64,000 nt of DNA from Squalus acanthias (lineage: Eukaryota): positions 2,666,001-2,730,000 of the forward strand of contig JASTWF010000034.1 in assembly GCA_030390025.1 (NCBI GenBank), written 5' to 3'. Each line of letters starts with the position of its first letter. The stretch's first letter is position 1. A program made the translations under genes and the position numbers. The notes beneath the pieces are model-generated. The model searched no databases. It saw nothing but the letters and a program-made list of their open reading frames with translations, and was not told where the DNA came from. This document shows, piece by piece, positions 1-10,033 of this stretch.

Positions 1-532
1 GGTCATAAATCCTATCCCTCAGGACCTTTTCCATTATCTTACCAACCACCGAAGTAAGACTAACCGGCCTATAATTACCAGGGTCATTCCTATTTCCTTT
101 CTTGAAGAGAGGAACAACATTCGCCACTCTCCAGTCCTCTGGCACCATTCCCGTGGACAGTGAGGACCCAAATATCAAAGCCAGAGGCTCTGCAATCTCC
201 TCCCTTGCCTCCCAAAGAATCCTAGGATATATCCCATCTGGCCCAGGGGACTTATCGACCCTCACGTTCTTCAAAATTGCTAAAACATCTTCCCTCAGAA
301 CATCTACCACCTCCAGCCTATCCACCTTTATCACACTCTCATCCTCAAGAACATGGCCCCTCTCCTCGGTGAACACTGACGAAAAGTATTCATTCATCAC
401 CTCTCCTATCTCTTCTGACTCCATGCACAAGTTCCCACGACTGTCCTTGACCGGCCCTACCCTCACCCTGGTCATTCTTTTATTTCTCACATAAGAGTAA
501 AAAGCCTTGGGGTTTTTCTTGATCCGACCCGC
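1..532 (-). mobile_element. CR1-clade LINE ORF2 fragment (linker / RT N-terminal region), runs off the window start
   Basis: Minus strand reads ...GRIKKNPKAFYSYVRNKR...VPEDWRVANVVPLFKKGNRNDPGNYRPVSLTSVVGKIME..., the typical CR1 ORF2 motifs. The + ORF 102..494 is its antisense shadow. Confidence 0.92.
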
Positions 533-874
533 ATCTTCAACTTAAAATGTAAATCATAAAAGTTTAAAATATTGATCTCTGTAAATGATTATGAGCCCGT
601 AAAGTGCCTAAACTTTACCTGATATTCCCAGGTCGTGAGCCCAAGAATTAGTCCCACAGTTTAAATCAGTTCAAATCCAAGTAGCACTCAAAGTATCTCA
701 AACATAATCCAAATGTCTACACATACAAAGAGAAAACAATTAACACACTTAAAACAGCACATGCTTCACAAACTGAAACCGGAAACAAACATCACACAGA
801 CACAATTTAATAGAGATTTACAAACAAAAGAAATGAAGTAGAAACATTCTCAGCATTCTTAATGTGAAGCCCTC

Positions 875-3099
875 GGAGTTTCTCTGCATCCTCCTCACAA
901 CACACACGTTTGTCGTCTGCAAAGTTGGAGATATTACATCTAGTTCCCTCGTCTAGATCATTAATATAGAATGTGAATAACTGGGGTCCTAGCACCGATT
1001 GCTGCGGTACCCCACTAGTCACTGCCTGCCACTCGGAAAAAGACCCGTTTATTCAAACTCTTTGCTTCCTGTCTGCCAAACAGTTCTCTATCCAAGTCGG
1101 TACCTTACACCCAGTCCCATGTGATTTAACTTTGCACGCCAATCTCTTATGTGGGAGCTTATCGAAAGCCTTCTGAACGTCCAAATACACCACATCCACT
1201 GGTTCTCCCTGATCTATTCTACCAGTTACATCCTCAAAAAATTCCAGTAGATTAGTCAAGCTTGATTTACCTTTTGTAAATCTATGTTGACTTTGTCCGA
1301 TCCTGTCACTGTTTTCCAAGTGCTCTGCTTTTACATTTTTTATAATGGACTCTAGCATTGTCCCCACTACCGATGTCAGGCTTACTGGTCTATGATACCC
1401 CGTTTTCTCTCTCCCACCTTTTTTAAATCGTGGGGTTACATTAGCTACCCTCCAATCCATGGGAACTGTTCCAGAGTGTACACAATTTTGAAAGATGCCC
1501 AGCAATGCATCTACTATTTCTAGGGCCACTTCCCTAAGTACCCTAGGATGTAGATTATCAGGCCCTGCGGATTTATCGGGCTTTAATCCCGTCAATTTCC
1601 CTAACACCATTTCCCTACAAATACTGATTTCATTCAGTTCTTCCCTCTCATTAGACCCTATGTTACCTGACATCTCTGGGAGGTTATGTGTGCCCTCCTT
1701 TGTAAAGACAAAACCAAAGTATGTATTAATAGAAACATAGAAACATAGAAGATAGGCCCAGGAGTAGGCCATTCGGCCCCTCGAGCCTGCTCCGCCATTT
1801 AATGAGATCATGGCTGATCATCCAAATTCAGTACCCTGTTTTCACCCCATATCCCTTGATCACTTTAGCCTTGATAAATATATCTAACTCCTTCTTGAAT
1901 ATATTTAATGAATTGGCCTCAACTGCCTTCTGTGGTAGAGCATTCCACAGTTTCACCACTCTCTGGGTGAAGAAATTCCTCCTCATCTCAGTCCAAAATG
2001 GCTTTCCAGTTATCCTCAGACAGTGACCCCTGGTTCTGGACTCCCCCGCCATCGGAAACATCCTTCCTGCATCTAGTCTGTCTAGTCCTGTTAGAATGTT
2101 ATAAGTTTCAATGAGATCCCCTCAAATTCTTCTAAAATCTAGCGAATACAAGCCCAATCGTCCCAATCTCTCTTCATACGTAATTCCTGTCATCCCAGGT
2201 AGCAGTCTGGTGAATCTTCGCTGCACTCCCTCCATGGCAAGAACATCCTTCCTCAGATAAGGCGACCAAAACTGTACATTGGTCAGCCATTTCTTTGTTC
2301 CCCATTATAAATTCCCCTGATTCTGACTGCAAGGGGCCTAAGCTTGACTTCACCAATCTTTTTCTCTTCACATTTCTATAGAAGCTTTTACATTCAGTTT
2401 TTATGTTCCCTGAAAGCTTACTCTCATACTCTATTTTCCCCCTCTTAATTAATCCCTTTGTCCTCCTTTGCTGAATCCTAAACTGCTCCCAATCCTCATG
2501 TTTGCTGCTTTTTCTGGCCAATTTATATGTCCACTCCTTGAATCTTACGTTATCCCTAATTTCCCTTGTTAGCCACGATTGAGTCATCTGTTTGGTTTTA
2601 TTTTTATGCCAAACAGGGATGAACAGATTCTGTAGTTCATCCATGCGATCTTTAAATGTTTGCCATTGCCTATCCACCATTAACCATTTAAGTAACTTTC
2701 CCCAATCCATCCTAGCCAATTCGCGCCTCATACCATCGTAGTTTCCTTTATTTAAATTCATGACCCTAGTTTTTGAGTCAACTACTGCACACTCCATCTA
2801 AATGAAGAATTCTATCATATTATGATCGCTCCTCCCCAAGGGGCCTCACACAACAAGATTGCTAATTAATCATTTCCCATTACATAATGCCCAGTCTAAA
2901 ATGGCCTGATCTCGAGTTCGTTCTTCGACATATTGGTCCAGAAAACCATTCACTATACAGTCTAGGAAATTCCTCCTTCACAGTATTGTTACTAATTTGG
3001 TTAGCCCAATCTATATGTAGATTAAAGTCACCCATGATAACTGCTGTGTCCTTATTGCACGCGTCTCTAATATCCCATTTAATGCCATCCCCAACCTCA
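875..3099 (-). mobile_element. Degraded CR1/HER1-like LINE (endonuclease end, linker, RT), lacking its own 3' end and interrupted at 1729-2278
   Basis: ORFs 2174..2797, 1053..1811 and 807..1022 (-) carry DWRVANVTP, YHRPVSLTS, KAFDK, SGVPQ.SVLGP and FADD. Collinear with the copy at 10034-12238. Contains frameshifts and stops. Confidence 0.93.
1729..2278 (-). mobile_element. 5'-truncated CR1/HER1-like 3' end nested inside a same-family LINE
   Basis: (ATAGAAAC)n tail at 1729-1750, conserved 3' UTR and ORF2 C-terminus (TRGH...FFTQRVV.LWNALP). Host sequence 'gtatgtattaat|tggtcagccatt' is contiguous in the paralog at ~11726-11750. Confidence 0.9.
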
Positions 3100-3741
3100 G
3101 CATATGTTTTATATGTGCTATGGACTCAGGACTATTAATATAAGATATATGTAATAAAGATGAATTTGACGTGTATGGATCTCCCTGCTCAAGGCAATGG
3201 CGCGAAACTTAACAATTGAAACCTGCATAACAGGATACCCCCCCACAGAGACAGCATCGAAAACCCATCGAAACTCACCATCGAAACTCAAGTGCCATTA
3301 AAAGGTGTTAACAAACAATTAACTTAATCAAGAAATGGCACCAGACACATGTTCAAAGGAAAGCCAAACAAGAACTGCCATAAAACTTAGCCCCAATCCT
3401 TGGGTCTTAGCAATTTAGACTGGAGACAGTGGACTCAAAATGATATAAAATAAGAAACCTAAAGACTCTCATTCTCTCTGGAGGACCACGTGGAAAAGCA
3501 GGAAGCCCTCCCTCTACAGACCAGACCAAGAAGCAAGGAAAAAGACCGCGTGCATTGCTTGACTCAGGAAAGTACAAGTCTGTTTAAATCAAACCCATTG
3601 CCTTACCTGTTGTAATCGAGTAGAGTCCATAGGATATCAGTAGGCTATTGTTTTGATGTGCATGAGTGTGTGTGTTCCAAGTTGTTTCAAATGAATTGGT
3701 CTTGCTGTCAATGTAATGCCAGTCGATATAAAAAGCTTACA
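3100..3741 (+). repeat. 5' LTR (left boundary uncertain, abuts CR1)
   Basis: 3210-3741 aligns with 7945-8497. TATAAAA at 3444-3450. Ends in CA just before the PBS. 3100-3209 is assigned by position only. Confidence 0.8.
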
Positions 3742-3745
3742 AAAC

Positions 3746-3763
3746 TGCTGGCTCGTCCAGGAT
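3746..3763 (+). promoter_or_regulatory. Primer binding site, tRNA-Pro type
   Basis: TGCTGGCTCGTCCAGGAT matches the canonical tRNA-Pro PBS TGGGGGCTCGTCCGGGAT at 15/18 positions, 4 nt after the LTR end. Confidence 0.85.
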
Positions 3764-3867
3764 GTGGCGAGACAGCTTTAGATCATTGTTTTAAACAATT
3801 GGACATTTCGGGAGTTGTGATTCTAACCTGTGGTGCGAGGTTTAAAAGTAAATTCAAAAGACGCAGA

Positions 3868-5750
3868 ATGAAGGGATCGGGGGCACACAAAAAGACAGCA
3901 AAATACGTAGATGTAGCCTTCAATGAGAACATATACGAAAAGCTGTCCATAAGGAACTTACAAGAGTTACGGGCACGATGCATCTGTAAGGGCCAACATG
4001 CATCCAGGAGAGGATATATGAAGGAAAGCTAAGGCCCAGACAGGCAAACGGTCTCTTGGCATTCTGGGCATATTACTGTGCTCGGAGAGATGAGGAATTA
4101 ATGAGGCAGGATGCAAAAGAGATTCAAGATTTAAAGGGAGAGATACAAGATTTAAAAGAACTAAAAGTCAAAGAGATTCAACTAAAATAAAAAGAAATTC
4201 AAAGTATGAAAGAACAGAAAGAAGAAGGCATCCAGCTTGTTAGGCTGTTAAAGGAGGGTGAAATCCAAAATTTGAGACAAGAAATCAATCGATTTAGACA
4301 CAGTATCAGGCAATTATAAAGAGGTGCGGAGCAGGCAGCTTCGTTGCTACAGCAACAAAGCCTCTCACATTTAAATGCAGGAGCAGCCGGCGCTGCAACA
4401 AATGAAACGAGATTGGCACTCAAGAAATATAAATTGGAAAACCTGGGGCTCGGGCAGGAAGTAGAAGACTTTAGGGGGGCATTAAGGGAAGCAATTAAGA
4501 AGCCACTTAGGGAGGCAGACCACTCCCGGTGCAACCTAGAAATAGCGCGGCTAAAGAGTAAATTTGGGCAGGAACAGGCTCGAGTATCTGCAGTAACACG
4601 GGTAGTCATAACAGAGACACCAGAAGGGGACGAGGGGGAGACAAATTGGGAAGAGGAAAGCAGTCAGTATAATCCCCAAGATGACGATGAAGGATGGGAG
4701 ACAATAGGGCCAACCGCAGCAGTAGTGACCACCTCTTTACGGCATAATGTGCATGATCACATGACGAGTAACCATACCGACTCACGGCCCATATCTGGTG
4801 CCGAAACCACGGCGTGTAGCCACGAGTTAGGGCCCATTAATGATGGGGACGCCCCACTAGTAGTTAATAGAATTTCAGGAGGAGTCGCCCCGAGTTAGAA
4901 GAGGGTGACTTAACATGAGTTCTCCTCTTGGTCTGTTTCACTTCTTTAAACAATAATTTGCCATACGCGATCCTCCAGTGTGGCACAGCGACCGATGCTG
5001 TCGTGACCGAGATCCTAAACCACTTAGGGATCCAAAACTTAAACTTAGTGGCTATGCTTAATCAGACCAAACAGCGCCCAGATGAGACCCCGAGAGCGTT
5101 CAGTAATCGCCTGTACGATATCTATGAACGTCCCCAGAACCAGGCACCCGCAAATGCTGCAGCAGGAAAGAATCAGGAACAATTCAAAACGATGTTCCTG
5201 ACCCAGCTCCACTCTTTAGTTAAAACCACACTGGGTATAGCCCTGAGGCCCGCCGATCAGTGGACAGACATAGAGATTAACGTTTAAAGAGCCTGGGAGA
5301 TGGTAAAAGACCAGTTAAAAGTGAAGTCACCACCCACCGCAAAGAAAGCAGTGTCAGCGGTGGAGGGATCTAGGTACTTCCGCTTTAGGGGACAGTGGCT
5401 TTAATTGTAAGCAGGAAGGTCACCTCGCAAAACGCTGCAGGCGACCCAGACAGGCACCGGACCTCGATGCAACGCATAGATAGCTCCCGAGGGACGAACC
5501 CAAACCCTCTGGGATAGAAAAACAATTGGCTCAGTTACTTACCTTTCTAAAAAAGGACGAATCCAAGTCCTCTGGGACGGATCAACGATTGGACCAGTTG
5601 ATAACCCTCATGAAAGCCCAAATTGTCACGGGGGGGATGCAAAATAATTTACCGGTGCTTGCAATCGCCAGTGCACACCCATTGGGAATGCAAATTCCTA
5701 TTGTCAAAGCACACCCATTGGAGGGACCCCTCCAAGGATCCACCCTATGA
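3868..5750 (+). pseudogene. gag: gag remnant: K/E-rich coiled-coil-like N-terminus, capsid MHR-like motif, CCHC knuckle
   Basis: KQRPDETPRAFSNRLYDIY in ORF 4928..5287. C-FNCKQEGHLAKRC at ~5396-5438 with a 1-nt frameshift. Multiple stops and frameshifts; start codon uncertain. Confidence 0.8.
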
Positions 5751-7944
5751 CAGGGTTTGGCCCCCAAAGATTGGTCGGAAGTGGGGTTCCGACGTGATGG
5801 TAGCGAGAGACCAGTAGTCCTTGTTGTCTTAAAAGGGGGCCGGCAGCAGATTATGCTTATAGACACTGGCTCAGCCGTTACCATCATGCACAACACATAC
5901 CCTGAACGCCATGCAGCGGCGGGCAAGGGTTGTATGGCACTTAAAGGGTTGTTGGTGATACAACCACCGCATATACAGGGAAGACCTCTGAACTTCATTT
6001 GGGAGGCCTCATCTGTAAGGTCCCAGCGCCAATGCTGATGACCACCCCCGACGGAAGGGGAACTTTAGGGACTGATGTGTTGGATCATTATGGTGCGGTA
6101 ATAGATTACAATCCGGACTGTGTTTGGATTGAGAAATAATGCAAAAGTGATAGAAATTTCAGATGCTCACTCGGTTTTTGCTATTATAATGCCATCCGAG
6201 TATGACCCTCCAGGGAGCGAAAAGGAAGCTGCGGCAAAACTAATTCAGGAACACCTAGCGGTGTTTGCCACGTGCAAGCACGATTGTGGAAAAATGGCAG
6301 GCGAAGAGTCTATTGAGGGACACCCCCACTCATTCAGCAAACAGTACCACATCCCAAGGGAGAGTCACCCGAGACAACATAAAATCTCTAGTCGAGCAGG
6401 GTGTTGTTAGGACAGGTACTTTCACAATCAATTCACCCACATGGCCGGTTAAAAAGCCTGATGGCAGCTGGTGACTGAGTATTGATTACAGAAAGTTAAA
6501 TCCTGTAACGCCAGTCTGCTCACCGGTAGTAAGTGAAGCTCCCACCATATTATCTCAAATTCCTGATGATTCCAAGTACTACTCGACCCTCGACATTGCC
6601 AATTGATTCTGGAGTTTCCCTTTTAAAAGGGAGGACCAGTTAAATTCGCGTTCACAGTTGAGGACCAGAGCTACACCTGGACATGCCTGCCTCAGGGGTT
6701 CCACAATGCCCCCACGATCTTCCACAAAAGAATGGCTGCGATTTTAAAAGACTTTTCCCGCCCTACCTGCTTGCTACAGTACGTAGACGTCCTACTGCTG
6801 GCAACCGATAACATGGAGGAGCATCTGTCCCTTTTGCACGAACTGTTGACATTGTTGGCTCAGGCGGGACTAAAGGTGAATCCCCGTAAGGCTCAGTTGG
6901 TAAAAGAACGGGTCACCTTTCTAGGAGTGTCCATTTCTCCAGGGCGATCGTCCCCCGACTCCTACAAGGTGGAGATAATACAGCGACTACCATTACCCAC
7001 TTCCATAACAGCCCTACGATCATTCTTGGGTTTGGTGGGCTACCAAAGGAACTTTATCCCAGTCTTTGCAGAATGCGCAAAGCCCCTGTATGATTTGATT
7101 AAACTGCAGTGTGATGACATACGCCCGGCATGGACTAATGATCACACCCAGTCCGTGGCCAAATTAAAACCTGCAGTGACACAGGCCGCATGTCTTATTC
7201 CTCCAGTCCCACGCAGCCCTTCCATTTGGAGGTCGGGGCCACAGAAAAAATCCTCGCCGCAGTTCTGTGCGAAACGCCAGCTAATCGACGACAGCGCGTT
7301 GCATATGCATCTCGAATCCTGCAGGGGGCAGAAAAGACGTATACCGCGTGTGAGCGCCACCTGCTGGCCGTCTCTGGGCGATACATAATTTTACCTTTAT
7401 TTCTGGGCTACAAGAGACCATCCTTCACAGCGCTCACACGCCTCTGAACCTACTGATGAAACCTGGATATTCGCTAGTTTCCTCGCAGCGCCTCAGCAAA
7501 TGGACATTGAATTTATGGAAAGAGACATTGGTATCATTTCCAAACCCACCACATTGCTGCCACAATTTCTGGTTTATGCAGGGGAACCGCATAAATGTCC
7601 GCTACCCCTGATTAACTTTGAGACCTATCCTGTGCAGAAAGACCCCATACAGGGAGCCCCAGATGTGTACGTCGATGGGTCCTCATATCACATCGAGGGA
7701 ATCCCTCCACACCGGGTATGCTGTGGTATTGGCAGAGAGAACAATCCAGCGACGATGCAACCAACAGTCCACACAATATGCAGAAAAAGCCGCACTTCTA
7801 ACCGCCATGAAAGACAACTCAGAAAGACCCGTGAATATTTGGTCTGATAGTGCCTATGCTATAAACACCATGCTCTCCTTGCCCTTATACCACAAAAATG
7901 ACTACCGTACAATAGACTGTAAGGCACTGGTCCATGGGCCCTGG
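5751..7944 (+). pseudogene. pol: pol remnant: aspartic protease, reverse transcriptase, degenerate RNase H (tether), truncated RNase H; no integrase
   Basis: LIDTGS (DTG at 5862-5870), TLGTDVL, NSPTWPVKKPDGSW, IDYRKLN, WTCLPQGFHNAP, QYVDV (YVDD mutated, 6780-6791), LRSFLGLVGY, VAYASR, VYVDGSS (~7665-7685), QYAE, NIWSDSAY. Confidence 0.93.
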
Positions 7945-8497
7945 TAACAACGGAAACCTGCATAACAGGATAACCCCCACAGAGACACCATCGAAATTCA
8001 AGAGGCACTAAACGGTGTCAACAAACAATTAACTTAAGCAAGACATGGTACCAGCCACTGCAGACAGACACATGTTTAAAGGAAAGCCAATCAAGAACTG
8101 CCATGAAAGTAAGACCCAATACTGGGGTCATAGCAATTTAGACCAGAGACAATTGACTTAAAAATATATAAAACAAGGAATTCAAAGGCTCTCTCTCTCT
8201 CTCTCTCTCCGGATTGCCACGCAGAAAAACAAGAAGCCCCCCCCTCCCCCCCACCCTCTACAGACCAGACTAAGCAGCAAGGAAAAAGGCCGCGTGCATT
8301 GCTTGATTCAGGGAAGGACAAGTCTCTGTAAATCTAAGCCATTACCTTACGTGCTGTAATCGAGTAGAGTCCATAATTAAAAGGAGTCTATTGTTCTGAT
8401 GTGCATAAGTGTGTGTGTTTAATTAACTTCTTCCAAATTGTTTCAAAAGAATTGGTCTTGCTGTTAATTAAATGCCAGTCGAAATATAATGCTTACA
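7945..8497 (+). repeat. 3' LTR, left-truncated, fused to RNase H coding sequence
   Basis: Homologous to 3210-3741. TATA at ~8165-8173, (CT)n tract, ends GCTTACA directly against satellite. Confidence 0.9.
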
Positions 8498-10033
8498 ACT
8501 CTCTACACCGGGGAATAAAGTTAAAGTTAATGTTAGTTTGACATGATGCCATCTGCACCGGGGAATAAAGTTACAGTTAATTGTGAATTTGACATAATTC
8601 GATCTACGGCGGGGAATAAAGTTACAGTAAATTGTTAATTTGACATGATAACCTCTACAACGGGAAATACATTTACAGTCAATTGATAATTTGACATGAT
8701 GCCCTCTACACCGGGGAATAAAGTTATAGTTAATTTTTAATTCCACATGATTCAATCTACAACAGGGAATAAAATTACAGTTAATTGTTAATTTGATATA
8801 ATAGCCTCCACACCGGGGAATAAATTAACAGTTAATTGTTAATTTGGAAATGATGCCCTCGACACAAAGGAATAAAGTTACAGTCAATTTTTATTTTGAA
8901 ATGATACCCTCTAGAACATGTAATAAATGAACAGTTATTTGGTAATTTGACATGATACACTCAACACCAGGTAATAAATTAACAGTTAATTGTTAATTTG
9001 ACATGATGCCCGCTACACCGGGGAATGAATTTACAGTTAATTGTTAATTTAGACATGATGCCCTCTACACAAGGTAGTAAAGTTAAAGTTAATTGTTAAC
9101 TTCACATGATACCCTCCACAACAGGGAATAAAATTACAGTTAATTGCTAATTTGACATGATACCATCTACACCAGGGAATAAAATTTACGTTAATTGTTA
9201 ATTTGACATGATTCCCTTTACACTGTGGAATAAAGTTACAGTTAACAGTTAATTAGACATGTTACCCTCTACACCGGGGAATAAAGTTACAGTAAATTGT
9301 TAATTTGACATGATACCCTCTACACCAGGGAATAAATTTACCGTGAATTTTTAATTTGAGATCACACCCTCAACACCGGGGAATAAGTTTCAGTTAATTG
9401 TTAACTTAGACATGATGCCCTCTACACCTGGGTATCAAGTTACAATTAATTTATAATTTGACATGATAACCTCCACACCGGGGAATAAAGTTACATTTAA
9501 TTGTTAATTTAGTCATGATACCCTCCTCAATGTGGAATAAATTTGCAGTTAATTGTTAATTTGACATGGTGCACTTTACAACGGGGAATAAAGTAAAAGT
9601 TAATGGTTAATTTGTCATGATGCACTCTACAGTGGAAGCAAATTTACAGTTAATTGTTAATAATACATCATGCTCTCTACACCGGCGACTAAATTGGCAG
9701 TTAATTGTTATTTTAGATATGACACCCTGTACACTGGTGAATAAAGTTGCAGTTAATTGTTAATTTAGAAATGATGCCCTCTACACAAGGTAATAGTCTT
9801 ACAGTTACTTGTTAATTTGTCATGATAACCTCTACACCAGGGAATAAAATTAAAGTTAATTGTTAATTTAGACATGATATCCTTTGCACATGTGGAAAAA
9901 AGTTACACTTATTTGTTAATTAGACATGACAACCTCTGAACTGGGGAATAAAGCTACAATTAATTTTTAGTTTATATGATACCCTCTACACCGGGGAATA
10001 AAGTTACAGTTAATTGTTAATTTGACATGATAC

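Larger units (their letters stand above)
3100..8497 (+). mobile_element. Defective endogenous retrovirus-like LTR element (LTR-PBS-gag-pro-RT-tether-RNase H-deletion-LTR)
   Basis: Direct repeats 3210-3741 and 7945-8497 both end in GCTTACA. A PBS follows the first, and gag/pro/RT/RH motifs lie in order between them. Confidence 0.93.

Noticed and set aside
102..494. Plus-strand ORFs over LINEs (also 1495..1740, 10780..11262, 11352..11840) and minus-strand 30623..31150
   Set aside because: Antisense shadows of CR1 ORF2.
3150..3160. TGTAAT at 3150 as the true 5' LTR start
   Set aside because: Only partly complementary to the CTTACA end, no TSD matching the right flank, and it cannot be verified because the 3' LTR lacks this part.
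3100..8497. Intact or active provirus; env gene
   Set aside because: Many stops and frameshifts, YVDD mutated to YVDV, and no integrase or env sequence present.
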